This document shows, in pieces, positions 26,872 to 39,613 of a DNA stretch of 64,000 nucleotides (within the stretch, counting starts at the first letter, position 1; each line of letters starts with the position of its first letter). Position numbers and translations under genes: made by a program. The stretch is from Collinsella sp. Its GTDB lineage: Bacteria; Actinomycetota; Coriobacteriia; Coriobacteriales; Coriobacteriaceae. The stretch is from the NCBI GenBank assembly GCA_036302525.1, contig JAXJCG010000008.1, positions 106,822 to 170,821 on the forward strand, in the 5' to 3' direction. The notes under the pieces were generated by a model. It saw only the letters and a list, made by a program, of their open reading frames with translations. It made no database searches and was not told where the DNA came from.

Positions 26872-28056
26872 TTACAGATGGACATCGGGATCGAGCATTT
26901 GAGCGCTCACGCGCATGGATGACGCCAAGTTTTGGAACGTTTCCAGACGCAGACTGTCGATCTGCCCGGCGTCCTCGGCCTCGCGAACGGCGCAGCCCGG
27001 TTCGTGGGTATGCGTGCAGTCGCCAAACCGGCACGCGCGCGATGCCTCGACAATCTCGGGGAAGGCGCGCGCCAGACCCCGCTCGTGACCCACGAGCGGT
27101 AAGCTGCGCAGGCCCGGGGCATCGGCGATCACGCCGGCGTCGCCCGGCAGTGCCACCATCACGCGCGCGACGGTAGTGTGACGGCCCTGGTCGTCGCGTT
27201 CGCGCACACCGCCAGTCGCCAACGTATCGTGGCCCAGCAGCGCATTGAGCAGCGTCGACTTGCCGGCACCCGACTCGCCCAGAATCATGGCGCAGCTCCC
27301 GGCAGGCACGCAGGAACGAACCTCGTCCAGGCCGCGCCCCTCGGCAGAGGACGTCACGATCACGCGCACGTCCGGACCCACCAGGCGGCGCACGCGGTCC
27401 AGATCGCGCTCGAGCTCCTCGGCATCGCAGCGGTCAGCTTTGGTGAGCACCACCACCGGTTCGGCATCGCAGTCGAGCGCCAACACCAGCGAGCGCGCCA
27501 CGCGGTCGAGCAGCACCTCACCGGCACCGAGCGCCTGCACGATTAGCACGCTATCCACGTTGGAGCAGAGCACCTGGCGCTCTCCACGGGCACGGCCGCG
27601 CCAACGCTCAAAGCTCGTACGGCGCGGCAGCACGCACTCAATCACGCCCATATCGTGCCCGGGAGCGCGGCGCACCGCCACACGGTCGCCCACGGCAGGC
27701 AACAGGACCTCGTCCTCGCCGCGCGACTTGGCAAACCCCACGGCATGCTCGGCGCGGAAGGTGTCGTCGGCAGTCGCCACCAGCGGAAACCCGCGATCCA
27801 AGCGCACCACGGCACCCAGCCGCATCTGCTCGGGCTCCTCGGCATGTGCGCAGAAATCATCAAAGGCAGCCTGCTGGGCTTCATCGACCGGCAGGTCATC
27901 AAACGCCGGAACGTCCTGCAGCGCGTCGAGTCCCGGCACGCTCGCCAGCAGCTCCTCGGCAGACGCGGGGGCCTCGGTCGCGAGCTTCCGACGACGATCG
28001 CGCTTAGCCCGCGCCCCCGTCGTCTTTTTCTTCGCCTTAGCCTTAGCCTTGCCCAC
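26872..28056 (-). CDS. rsgA: ribosome small-subunit-dependent GTPase A
   Basis: Circularly permuted G domain (VVLTKADRC, then GESGAGKSTLLNAL) and C-terminal zinc knuckle CRFGDCTHTHEPGC. Start set at GTG 28056 with GGGAGG upstream. Lys-rich N-terminal tail. Confidence 0.88.
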   Translation of the reverse strand: MGKAKAKAKKKTTGARAKRDRRRKLATEAPASAEELLASVPGLDALQDVPAFDDLPVDEAQQAAFDDFCAHAEEPEQMRLGAVVRLDRGFPLVATADDTFRAEHAVGFAKSRGEDEVLLPAVGDRVAVRRAPGHDMGVIECVLPRRTSFERWRGRARGERQVLCSNVDSVLIVQALGAGEVLLDRVARSLVLALDCDAEPVVVLTKADRCDAEELERDLDRVRRLVGPDVRVIVTSSAEGRGLDEVRSCVPAGSCAMILGESGAGKSTLLNALLGHDTLATGGVRERDDQGRHTTVARVMVALPGDAGVIADAPGLRSLPLVGHERGLARAFPEIVEASRACRFGDCTHTHEPGCAVREAEDAGQIDSLRLETFQNLASSMRVSAQMLDPDVHL

Positions 28057-28303
28057 AAGCGCCTCCCAGCACCATAAATCACAACTGAGCAGGTATTTTA
28101 AATCAAAAAGAGCTGGCCGGGCAAAGCCCGACCAGCTCACAAACTTTTCCTCAGCCCTTTTCATCCGCACGGGAGAAAAGCCAGCAAGGATACCGCAGGG
28201 CCCGCCCGCCGGGAGGGGTTTCCTAAGGGCACATCCCGCAGCCGCAAAGCGGCGAGGACGTGCCCGTGGAAACCCCGCAGGCGGTCGGGCCCGGACAGGT
28301 ACG

Positions 28304-30985
<2,682 letters not shown>

Positions 30986-31426
30986 ATAGAGTCCCCTCCT
31001 GGGATTCGGGCCACTCAGCAGATTGATGCCCGATCATAATTCCCAGGAGAAGGGCAAGGGCTCATCAAGGCTGCCGTGCTGAGCGGCAGTTGATAGTGGG
31101 GCTATGGTACCCCAAAGCAACGCGTCTAGCCAAAACAATCCATTTGGAAATATGGTCCATAAGCAACGGTGCAGACCGTGTGATGCTCAATACTGATAAA
31201 ACGTTTTTTCTTCGGCGCATCATCAAATTGAAATATCGCCCAGATAGCAGCGGTTAGAACGGTTGGTAAAGTTTTTGCATATACCGTTTTTCCGCAAAAA
31301 ATGAACTTCTAATTCGGCATACGGTCGATTTTTTGGGGTATTCGGACGCCATTTCGTTATAATCAACTCGGTTTTATTTCTTATGGTTTATCTATCAGCG
31401 CAAGACGATGTCAGATGGAGGTCTGA

Positions 31427-32887
31427 ATGTACAAGCGCACCAAGATTGTATGCACCATGGGTCCCGCCTGCGATAGCGACGAGACCATCCGCGAGATGAT
31501 CAAGGCGGGCATGAACGTCGCCCGTTTTAACTTCTCGCACGGCTCCTACGACGAGCACCACGGTCGCATCGAGCGCGTCCGTCGTATTTCCAAGGAGCTC
31601 GGTATGCCCGTCGGCATCCTGCTCGACACCAAGGGCCCCGAGGTCCGCACCGGCCTTCTGGTCGACGGCAAGAAGGTTGCCGTCAAGACCGGCGACAAGA
31701 TCGTCGTCACCGCTCAGCCCACGACCGAGGATTTCCACGGCACCTCTGAGCACATCTCCCTCGACTACCTGGCTCTGCCCTCCGAGGTCGAGAAGGGCTC
31801 CCTCATCCTGATCGATGACGGCCTGGTTGCCCTCGAGGTCGAGTCCGTCGACGGCCAGGACATGACCTGCGTCGTTAAGAACGACGGCCTGATCGGCGAG
31901 CGCAAGGGCGTCAACATGCCCAACGTCAACATCTCGCTGCCCGCCATCACCGAGCGCGATCGTCAGGACATCCTCTTTGGCCTGACCGAGAACATCGACT
32001 ACATCGCCGCTTCCTTCATCCGCGACGGCGAGTCCGTCCGCGGCATCCGCGAGCTTTGCCGCGAGAACGGCGGCGAGCACGTGACGATCTTCCCGAAGAT
32101 CGAGTGCGCCCTGGGCGTCGAGAACTTCGACGAGATCCTCGAGGCTTCCGACGGCATCATGGTCGCCCGTGGCGACCTGGGCATCGAGATCAAGCCCGAG
32201 CTCGTTCCGCACATCCAGAAGGAGATCATCGCCAAGTGCAACGCGGCCTACAAGCCCGTTATCACCGCTACGCAGATGCTCGACTCCATGCAGCAGAACC
32301 CGCGCCCGACGCGCGCCGAGGTTGCCGACGTTGCTAACGCCATTTACGACGGCACCGACGCCGTTATGCTGTCCGGCGAGTCCGCTGCCGGTAAGTACCC
32401 GGCCGAGGCCGTCAAGATGCAGGCCAGCATTGCTCTCGAGACCGAGAAGTACCTCCCGGCTCACGCTCCGCTCGAGGTTCCGGCCGATGCTCACGGCACC
32501 CGCGTTGTCAACAACGTTGTGGGTATGTCCGCTGTGAACATGGCTACCACCGTTGGCGCCAAGTGCATCACCGTGCCGACGACCACCGGTCGTACCGCTC
32601 GCCTGATCTCGCACTTCCGTCCCAACATGCCGATCTGCGCGTTCTCCCGCCACGAGTGGGCCGTCCAGCAAATGATTATGTACTGGGGCGTTATCCCGCA
32701 CCAGGCCGAGATTACCCAGGGCACCGTCAACGGCACGATCGTCAAGGCGATCGAGACCGCTAAGGAGCTCGGCTACGTCGAGGCCGGCGATCTGACCGTC
32801 GCCACCGCCGGCGATCCCCGCATGAGCGTCCAGCTCGAGGACAAGGTCTCCTCGACCAACGTCGCTTACGTCGCTCAGGTGCGCTAA
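31427..32887 (+). CDS. pyk: pyruvate kinase
   Basis: KIVCTMGPA, NVARFNFSHG, MVARGDLGIE, TQMLDSM signatures. Confidence 0.95.
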   Translation: MYKRTKIVCTMGPACDSDETIREMIKAGMNVARFNFSHGSYDEHHGRIERVRRISKELGMPVGILLDTKGPEVRTGLLVDGKKVAVKTGDKIVVTAQPTTEDFHGTSEHISLDYLALPSEVEKGSLILIDDGLVALEVESVDGQDMTCVVKNDGLIGERKGVNMPNVNISLPAITERDRQDILFGLTENIDYIAASFIRDGESVRGIRELCRENGGEHVTIFPKIECALGVENFDEILEASDGIMVARGDLGIEIKPELVPHIQKEIIAKCNAAYKPVITATQMLDSMQQNPRPTRAEVADVANAIYDGTDAVMLSGESAAGKYPAEAVKMQASIALETEKYLPAHAPLEVPADAHGTRVVNNVVGMSAVNMATTVGAKCITVPTTTGRTARLISHFRPNMPICAFSRHEWAVQQMIMYWGVIPHQAEITQGTVNGTIVKAIETAKELGYVEAGDLTVATAGDPRMSVQLEDKVSSTNVAYVAQVR

Positions 32888-32918
32888 ATCGCACTTGCAA
32901 GCACACTTGCATTGCAAA

Positions 32919-32953
32919 GGGCCCGGAAGGCTTTGCCTTCCGGGCCCTTTTTT
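32919..32953 (+). terminator. rho-independent terminator of pyk
   Basis: GGGCCCGGAAGGC-TTT-GCCTTCCGGGCCC followed by TTTTTT. Confidence 0.85.
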
Positions 32954-33090
32954 AGGACCTACTTCATATGCCGCTTCATCGATTTGTGATCAGTCGCGAA
33001 CCTTTCCGATGCCGAGCGTACCACCGAAGATGCCCTGCGACGGGAGCTGTTGGTCAATTGGGATGAACTGTTCTCCGTTAAGCCGGCCGG

Positions 33091-33951
33091 CTAGCAGCTA
33101 GCGATCAGGGGGACTGCAGGAACGTCAGGTGCAGCAACGCGAGCCGCAAAGCCTGCCTCGGTTAGCTCGACGACCTCGGTAAACGTTGCATCGAAAAACT
33201 CCTCGGTTAACAGGCGATACGGCGGATGATCGGGCTCGCCGGGGTTTTCGCGTACAATCTCGTGCATGACGCCGATGGTCTTGAGCACATACTCCTTATG
33301 GATGGGATACTGCCCAAAACGCGTCGCAGCGGTATACAGGCGATCGGTCGCGCGCGGGATGGAGACAATGCCCAGCGTCTTGCCAAACCAGTCAAAGTCG
33401 CCTTGCTTTTTAATGCGGAACTCCTCACACGGCTTGCCGCCGTGCGCCTCCAGGTACTGATTCACACGCGTGTTCCATACGGTATCGGCCACCAGATGCG
33501 ACCAGACGCCCAGCGTCAAATCGAGCAACGACTGCGCCACATCTTCGGACGCAAGCGAGAACTCACAGGCGCCGGGACCGACAACCGGCTCGGCATCCTT
33601 GTAGCGCTGGGGATAGTGCACGCGGTTCAGCCGCTCGCGTTCCTCGATAATCGAGGTCGCCGCGGCCGGCGCACCGGTGGGCGAACTTTTAAGCAACGGT
33701 GCCACATAGGTATCCCAGAACTCATGCTCACGAGGCTTAGGGATAGGCTCGGGCTTTGCAAAGTGCGTAATGCGGTACGGAATGGGATCGGCGATGCCAG
33801 GGACCATATAGCCCACGAAGATATCCGGAACCACGCAGCCAAACAAAAAGGCATTGCGGTCGCGCACGTTCTTGGCAAGCGCACCGGTGCGCTCCAGCAA
33901 ACGCTCCGTCTGAGCGATATGAATGTTCCAGCTTGGCATAGCCACCCCCAT
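33091..33951 (-). CDS. zinc-dependent phospholipase C-like family protein (tentative)
   Basis: N-terminal MPSWNIHIA and later SHLVADTVWN resemble the His-rich metal sites of this family. Recognition-level only. Confidence 0.45.
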   Translation of the reverse strand: MGVAMPSWNIHIAQTERLLERTGALAKNVRDRNAFLFGCVVPDIFVGYMVPGIADPIPYRITHFAKPEPIPKPREHEFWDTYVAPLLKSSPTGAPAAATSIIEERERLNRVHYPQRYKDAEPVVGPGACEFSLASEDVAQSLLDLTLGVWSHLVADTVWNTRVNQYLEAHGGKPCEEFRIKKQGDFDWFGKTLGIVSIPRATDRLYTAATRFGQYPIHKEYVLKTIGVMHEIVRENPGEPDHPPYRLLTEEFFDATFTEVVELTEAGFAARVAAPDVPAVPLIASC

Positions 33952-34019
33952 AAAAAACCTGGATAACTATACCATCACGGCAAAGCCGCGCGGGCGGCTA
34001 CGCACGCTCTACGCAGCAA

Positions 34020-34790
34020 CTAGTCCGTAGCACCGCTTTCGGTTCCATACGACGGCGAAGGCGCCTCGACCACATGGTGATATCGATCGATATAGATGGC
34101 GCGGGCCCCCAGGCGGCGTACCAAATCTTGGTGATGTGTGCTCATCAAGACCGTCTTACCGGCAGCAACATAGGCCAGTAGGAAGTTGACCACGATGTCG
34201 CAAGAGTCCTCGTCAAGTCCGTTAGTAGGCTCGTCGAGGACCAAGATATCCGGGTTCATCGATACGACCGCAGCCAGCGCAACGCGCTTCTTTTGCCCGC
34301 CCGAGAGCTGATAGGGAGAGGCGTCGGCAAGGTCGGCAACCTGGAACAGCCCCATGGCATCGCGCACGCGGCGCTCGAGCTCGTCTGCCGGCAGCCCCAT
34401 CTGCGCGGGACCAAAGGCAACTTCCTCGCCCACCGTAGCACAGAACAGCTGGGCGTCGGCATTCTGGAACACAAAGCCCACGCGCTGATGAAAACGCTGA
34501 GCGGCCGCGGAATCCTTTAGAAACGCCGCATCGATCACGTGCCCGTCAAACAGGTATGCCCCTGCGTCCGCGAGTTCAAGGCCGTTAATAAGGCGCATAA
34601 TCGTCGTCTTACCGCAGCCGTTGGGACCGAGCAGGGCAACGAGTTCACCACGATCGACCTGCAGCGACACGCCATCGACAACCGTATGCCCCGCATAGGA
34701 AAACACCACGTCGCGAAACTCGATGAGCGGCGTGGTCTCGGCGCCGCCCGCACCGTTCGTGCCCGCCGCACTCTTCATATCGATCGTCAA
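34020..34790 (-). CDS. cbiO: ECF/cobalt-type ABC transporter ATP-binding protein
   Basis: Walker A GPNGCGKTT, signature LSGGQKKRVALA, Walker B ILVLDEP. Confidence 0.88.
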   Translation of the reverse strand: MTIDMKSAAGTNGAGGAETTPLIEFRDVVFSYAGHTVVDGVSLQVDRGELVALLGPNGCGKTTIMRLINGLELADAGAYLFDGHVIDAAFLKDSAAAQRFHQRVGFVFQNADAQLFCATVGEEVAFGPAQMGLPADELERRVRDAMGLFQVADLADASPYQLSGGQKKRVALAAVVSMNPDILVLDEPTNGLDEDSCDIVVNFLLAYVAAGKTVLMSTHHQDLVRRLGARAIYIDRYHHVVEAPSPSYGTESGATD

Positions 34791-34834
34791 AACGTCGCCC
34801 TTCCCTACTCACATCGACGGCTCGGCCGCCCGCA

Positions 34835-35671
34835 CTACAGCACGGCGCACAACACTGCCAGCAGCGCCACGCCGGCCGCATAGACCGCATCGCGCCAGCT
34901 AAACCCGGCGCGCGCGGGCGCCGGATACGTACCGGCAAAGCCGCGGCACAGCATGGCCTCGTCCATCGCGCGGCTGCATTCCATCGCCTTGATAAAGGTC
35001 ATGCCCATGATACCCGCCAGCGAGTCGGTACGCGAAAATCCCTCAGGCGCACGGCCAACGCTGCGCAGCATGACCGATTCGCACAGATTGTGCGCCGTGC
35101 GACCCAGCACCTCGATGTGCTTGAGCGCCATATCAAACGTAAAGATAACTTCGTCGGGCAGATGCAGCATCTTGAGCGCCGCCGACATGCGGCTCCAGGT
35201 GAGCGTCCACGAAACGCCCAGTACGAGCGACAGGTTAATGAACGTCTTGAGCGCAATTTTGAGCATGGCGCCCGTAGCGGAAGCGCCTAGCAGCAGGGCA
35301 GGCAGCGCCAGAACCACTGCGAGTCCCGCGGCACCGAGAGCCGGCACAAAGGTCGCGCGCAGCCCGCGTACAGGGCGCACAGCAACGAGCACCAGCGCGA
35401 TAGCCGCCATCAACATGAGGTACAGCGGACTCTGCGTCAGACACACGCACAGGACGCAAACGAACATCCCCACCAGACGCACCGGAGCCGAAACGCAAGA
35501 AAGGGCGCGGTCGACCATCGACCCGCCCTCGTGCGCGCCTCCACCCAAGCGAACCCGCTCAAGCAGGCTCGCCAGGTGCAGGACATTCTTTTGCATCACA
35601 CGATGCCGAGCCCCCGCGGGCTCGTAACGCTGCTCGACCGCAAGCCAGCTAGGCAGCTCAACCATCTGCAT
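34835..35671 (-). CDS. cbiQ: ECF transporter transmembrane (T) component CbiQ/EcfT
   Basis: Polytopic protein located between cbiM and cbiO, with a CbiQ-like ARG-containing loop (MLRSVGRAP..). Confidence 0.75.
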   Translation of the reverse strand: MQMVELPSWLAVEQRYEPAGARHRVMQKNVLHLASLLERVRLGGGAHEGGSMVDRALSCVSAPVRLVGMFVCVLCVCLTQSPLYLMLMAAIALVLVAVRPVRGLRATFVPALGAAGLAVVLALPALLLGASATGAMLKIALKTFINLSLVLGVSWTLTWSRMSAALKMLHLPDEVIFTFDMALKHIEVLGRTAHNLCESVMLRSVGRAPEGFSRTDSLAGIMGMTFIKAMECSRAMDEAMLCRGFAGTYPAPARAGFSWRDAVYAAGVALLAVLCAVL

Positions 35672-35675
35672 GCGC

Positions 35676-36731
35676 TCAGTTTTCCTTAACCGTCAGCGAG
35701 ATCAGACGGAATGCGATGGTGAGCACCGCCACGCCAATCACGCCGGACAGGATATACATGGCAGCCTGGCCGGCAAAGCCAAGACCCTGCTCCTCGGAAT
35801 AGGCCTGAAGGTAATCGCCCGTGGGCAGCGCATCGGCAAAGGTCGGGGTATCGAGGCCGACCGAAGCCTGCAGGCTATCGTCGCCGGCTTCCTGGACGGC
35901 GGTCGCGGCGCCCTCGGCGTCCCACTCGCCCCAGGCGTCACCGGTGGCCAGCAGACCCAGCGGCGTGGCCACGACAAGCACGGCAACCAGGATGAGCGTG
36001 GGGACCAGCGAGGTCTTCTTGGCAGCACCATCGGCGGCAAGCTGGCCATCGACGGCCTCGGGACCGACGATAACGCCCGGCGCCGTCTTCTTAATGAAGC
36101 CGTAGATGGCGGCCGTCGCCACGCCCTCAACCACGCCGGCGACCAGCATATGCGGGATCAACATGGCAGGAATAGCCACGGACAGCGGGAAGGGGCAGTA
36201 CAGCGGAGCGCCCGAAGCATTCGTGAAGAGCATCGGCTGAATACCAAACTCGATTGCCGCGCACAGGGCCGCCAGGCACAGGCCGACCCAGCCGCTCACG
36301 ATGGCAGAAACCGAGGTGCCCCAGCTCTTGTCGTGCAGACGGCTGTTGAGCGCACGAAACACGATAGCGGCGGCAAACGGCAGCACGAAGGCCATGTTAA
36401 AGCAGTTGGCGCCAAAGGACAGGATGCCACCGTCGCCAAACAGCAGCGCCTGCAGCGCCAGCGCGACCGAGACAGCGATAGCCGCGGCCTCGGGACCCAG
36501 CAGCAGCGCGATGAGTGCGCCGCCGACGGCGTGGCCTGTGGTGCCGCCGGGCAGCGGAACGTTAAACATCATGAGCAAGAAGGAAAAAGCGGCGCAGATG
36601 CCCAGGAAAGCCATGTGCTCGCGGTCGAGCGTGGCGCGCACCTTCTTGATGCAATGAACCCACACGGGCACCATCGCCACTGCCATGACGGCATCGGTCT
36701 GCGGAGACAGATAATTATCTGGAATGTGCAT
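35676..36731 (-). CDS. cbiM: CbiM/NikM substrate-capture component with C-terminal PDGLE-like extension
   Basis: Hallmark N-terminus MHIPDNYLSP, 6-7 TM helices, C-terminal GDAWGEWDAEG region and a final TM helix. Confidence 0.85.
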   Translation of the reverse strand: MHIPDNYLSPQTDAVMAVAMVPVWVHCIKKVRATLDREHMAFLGICAAFSFLLMMFNVPLPGGTTGHAVGGALIALLLGPEAAAIAVSVALALQALLFGDGGILSFGANCFNMAFVLPFAAAIVFRALNSRLHDKSWGTSVSAIVSGWVGLCLAALCAAIEFGIQPMLFTNASGAPLYCPFPLSVAIPAMLIPHMLVAGVVEGVATAAIYGFIKKTAPGVIVGPEAVDGQLAADGAAKKTSLVPTLILVAVLVVATPLGLLATGDAWGEWDAEGAATAVQEAGDDSLQASVGLDTPTFADALPTGDYLQAYSEEQGLGFAGQAAMYILSGVIGVAVLTIAFRLISLTVKEN

Positions 36732-36831
36732 GTACGCCTCCCGGTTATCGGCGCACAGAATTGCAACGCCGCTTAAATCACCTTGTCAGTGTTACGCATT
36801 GTCAGATTCGTAACACGCCGCGGGCTATCAT

Positions 36832-36869
36832 AGCAAAACGGCGCACTGCCGACAAAGCAGCACGCCGTT
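36832..36869 (-). terminator. candidate terminator of the pheST operon
   Basis: Minus strand reads AACGGCGTGCTGC-TTTGTCG-GCAGTGCGCCGTT (internal 2-nt mismatch) followed by TTTGCT. Confidence 0.45.
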
Positions 36870-36979
36870 ATGTAATGCGCGTGTCATATATGAAGGCTCA
36901 ACGGTGCCTCATACCGAACACCGCGGTCACGCAAAGGCCACAGCAACCGCCATCAGGCCCTACGCTCCCAGCGCAAGCC

Positions 36980-39433
36980 CTATCCGCGGACCTCGCCGTT
37001 TACGCCCTTGCACACCTTGGTGACGATCTTCTGATGCGCCTTCTCGACCTCTTCGCTGGTGAGCGTGTGGTCGTCAGAGCGATACGTAAGTGCAAAGGCC
37101 ATGGACTTCTTGCCCGCTCCGATGCGGATGGGATCGCGGTAGACATCGAACAGGCGCACGCCCTCGAGCAGCTTGCCGCCGGCGCTGGTAATGCGGCGCT
37201 CAAGATCCTCGCAGGTCACGGAGTTGTCGACCACGATAGCAAGGTCGTGCTCAACGGCAGGGTACTGCGAGAACTCGCGGTAGTTCTCCTGATTGCGGGC
37301 ACCCTTGATCAGCTTGTCCAGATCGAGCTCAAAGGCAACGACGACCTCGTCGATGCCCATCGCCTCGCGCGCCTTGGGGTGAATCTCGCCGACCCAGCCC
37401 AGCACGGTGCCGCCGGACAGAACCTCGGCCGCACGACCCGGCTGCAAGAAAGCGTAGCCCTCGCCCTCGACGGGACGGAAGCGGACCTTCTCGATGCGCA
37501 GCTGGGCGAGCAACTCCTCGACAATGCCCTTGCCAAAGAAGAAGCGCAGCTTGCGGTACTTCATATTCCAGGACTGCTCGCTCCACTGGCCCGAGAGCAC
37601 GCCCGCCACGGACTTGGTCTCCTTGGGCAGGCTGGCGTTCTCACGGCCGTGGAACAGGCTGCCGACCTCGTACAGGTGCACGTTGGGCGTACCGTGTGCC
37701 TCGTTGTAGGCCACGGACTGCAGCAAGCCCGGCAGCAGCGAACGACGCATCTCGGTCTGCTCGGCTACCAGCGGATTCATGAGCACCACGGGGCAGCCGC
37801 GGCCTTCGGTGGACATACCGATCTTCTCTAGGTCGCCCGGGGCGGCAAAGCCAAAGGTCGTGGTCTCGTTGAGGCCGCAGGCGCGCAGGATCTCGCCGAC
37901 CTTACGGGTGAGCTTCTGCTCGCGAGTCAGGCCGCCGATGTGGTTCTTGGCAGCCGGGATGGTCGCCGTCACACGGCCCATGCCCCACAGGCGCAGGACC
38001 TCCTCGATCAGGTCAATCTCGCGCGGCAGGTCGGGGCGGAAGCTCGGCGGGGTGACCACGAAGTCCTCGCCGTCGCGCTCGACGGTACAGCCCAGGCGGG
38101 TGAGCGAGCGCTCGATAAAGTCAGGCTCGATGTCGGCGCCGCAGATGGCATGCACGCGGGCCAGGCGCAGATTAATGCTGTCGATGGTCTTGGGCGCGGG
38201 GAACACATCCACGTAGCCGGGAGCGACCTCGCCGCCGGCGATCTCCTCGATGAGCGCGCACGTGACGTTGGCGACATCCACGCAGCCGGTCTCGTCGACC
38301 TGGCGCTCAAATCGAATGGAGGCATCAGAGATCAGCGACAGATCGCGGCTGGTGTGCGAGGTGCGACCGGCGTTGAAGCAGGCGCTCTCGACCATCACAT
38401 CGACGGTATCGTCCTCGATCTCGGAATCCATGCCGCCCATAACGCCAGCCAACGCCACGGGGCGCTCGCCGTCAGTGATAAGGCCCATGCCGGCGTCGAG
38501 CGTGCGCTCCTCGCCGTCGAGCGTCGTGAACTTCTCATCCTGCTGGGCGGCGCGAACCACCACGCGGCGCCTGCCCTCGCGCTCGGCAAAGGTGTCCAGG
38601 TCAAAGGCATGCAGCGGCTGACCGGTGAGCATCATCACGTAGTTGGTGATGTCGACAATGTTGTTGTGCGGACGCACGCCCAAGGCGTTGAGGCGCTTGA
38701 CCATCCAGTCGGGCGAGGGGCCGACCTTCACGTTGCGCACGATGCGGGCGACATAGCGGTCGCACAGGCCCTCGTCGGCAATCTCGACCGAAAGCTCGTC
38801 GTCGGTCGCGCGGCCGGTCTCGGCCTTGATGGTGGGCAGCTCAACGTGGAAATCGCGATCGAAGATGGCGCCGGTCTCGCGGGCCATGCCGATCATGGAC
38901 AGGCAGTCGGGACGATTGGGCGTGATCTCGCAGTCGAGCACGGTGTCGCTCGAGCCCACGTACTCGGCAAACGGCATGCCGCAGGGCGTATCCTCGGGCA
39001 GGATCATAATGCCGGAGTGGTCGCCGCCCAGGCCGAGCTCTCGCGCGGAGCAGTTCATGCCCATGGACACGACGCCGCGAAGCTTGCTCTTCTTGATCTT
39101 GACGTCGCCGGGCAGGACAGCGCCAATCATTGCCGTGACGATGTGGTCGCCGGCCTCGAAGTTCTGCGCGCCGCAGACGATCTGCAGCGGAGCGGGGTTG
39201 CCGTCGGCGTCGAGGTTCTTGTCACCCACGTCGACCGAGCACACATACATGTGGTCGCTATCGGGGTGCGGGGTCTTGGTGAGCACCTGGGCGGTCACCA
39301 CGTGGTCGAAGGACTCGCCCACGGTGTCGATTGCCTCGACCTCGGTGCCGGTACGAATATATTCGTCCGAAAGGGTCTTGGGATCCTCCGGAATATCGAC
39401 CATGGTCTTGAGCCAGTCGTAAGAAACACGCAT
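36980..39433 (-). CDS. pheT: phenylalanine--tRNA ligase beta subunit
   Basis: 817 aa with MRVSYDWLK start. The tRNA-binding, B3/4, B5 and FDX-ACB regions are recognisable by layout. Confidence 0.93.
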   Translation of the reverse strand: MRVSYDWLKTMVDIPEDPKTLSDEYIRTGTEVEAIDTVGESFDHVVTAQVLTKTPHPDSDHMYVCSVDVGDKNLDADGNPAPLQIVCGAQNFEAGDHIVTAMIGAVLPGDVKIKKSKLRGVVSMGMNCSARELGLGGDHSGIMILPEDTPCGMPFAEYVGSSDTVLDCEITPNRPDCLSMIGMARETGAIFDRDFHVELPTIKAETGRATDDELSVEIADEGLCDRYVARIVRNVKVGPSPDWMVKRLNALGVRPHNNIVDITNYVMMLTGQPLHAFDLDTFAEREGRRRVVVRAAQQDEKFTTLDGEERTLDAGMGLITDGERPVALAGVMGGMDSEIEDDTVDVMVESACFNAGRTSHTSRDLSLISDASIRFERQVDETGCVDVANVTCALIEEIAGGEVAPGYVDVFPAPKTIDSINLRLARVHAICGADIEPDFIERSLTRLGCTVERDGEDFVVTPPSFRPDLPREIDLIEEVLRLWGMGRVTATIPAAKNHIGGLTREQKLTRKVGEILRACGLNETTTFGFAAPGDLEKIGMSTEGRGCPVVLMNPLVAEQTEMRRSLLPGLLQSVAYNEAHGTPNVHLYEVGSLFHGRENASLPKETKSVAGVLSGQWSEQSWNMKYRKLRFFFGKGIVEELLAQLRIEKVRFRPVEGEGYAFLQPGRAAEVLSGGTVLGWVGEIHPKAREAMGIDEVVVAFELDLDKLIKGARNQENYREFSQYPAVEHDLAIVVDNSVTCEDLERRITSAGGKLLEGVRLFDVYRDPIRIGAGKKSMAFALTYRSDDHTLTSEEVEKAHQKIVTKVCKGVNGEVRG

Positions 39434-39613
39434 ATAACTGGTCTCCTTTCATCTGTAACGTCTGCAATAAACAGACGGAAAACTCCAGCTACGGAGACGG
39501 GTTTCCGAGGTGCCGCAGATTGCCTTGAAAGAGGAGGGCCGCGTACTTAGGTACGCAACCGACGATTGAAAGGCAAGGTGCGGTGGCTCGGGAAGCCGCC
39601 GGGACAGGTAAAC

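Noticed and set aside
31388-32917. 509-aa ORF on the minus strand
   Set aside because: It is antisense to pyruvate kinase.
36732-36979. Cobalamin or NiCo riboswitch upstream of cbiM
   Set aside because: No B12 box or recognisable conserved core was seen by eye. Only a terminator and a dyad were found. A covariance search would be needed to be certain.
37940-39550. 536-aa ORF on the plus strand
   Set aside because: It is antisense to pheT.
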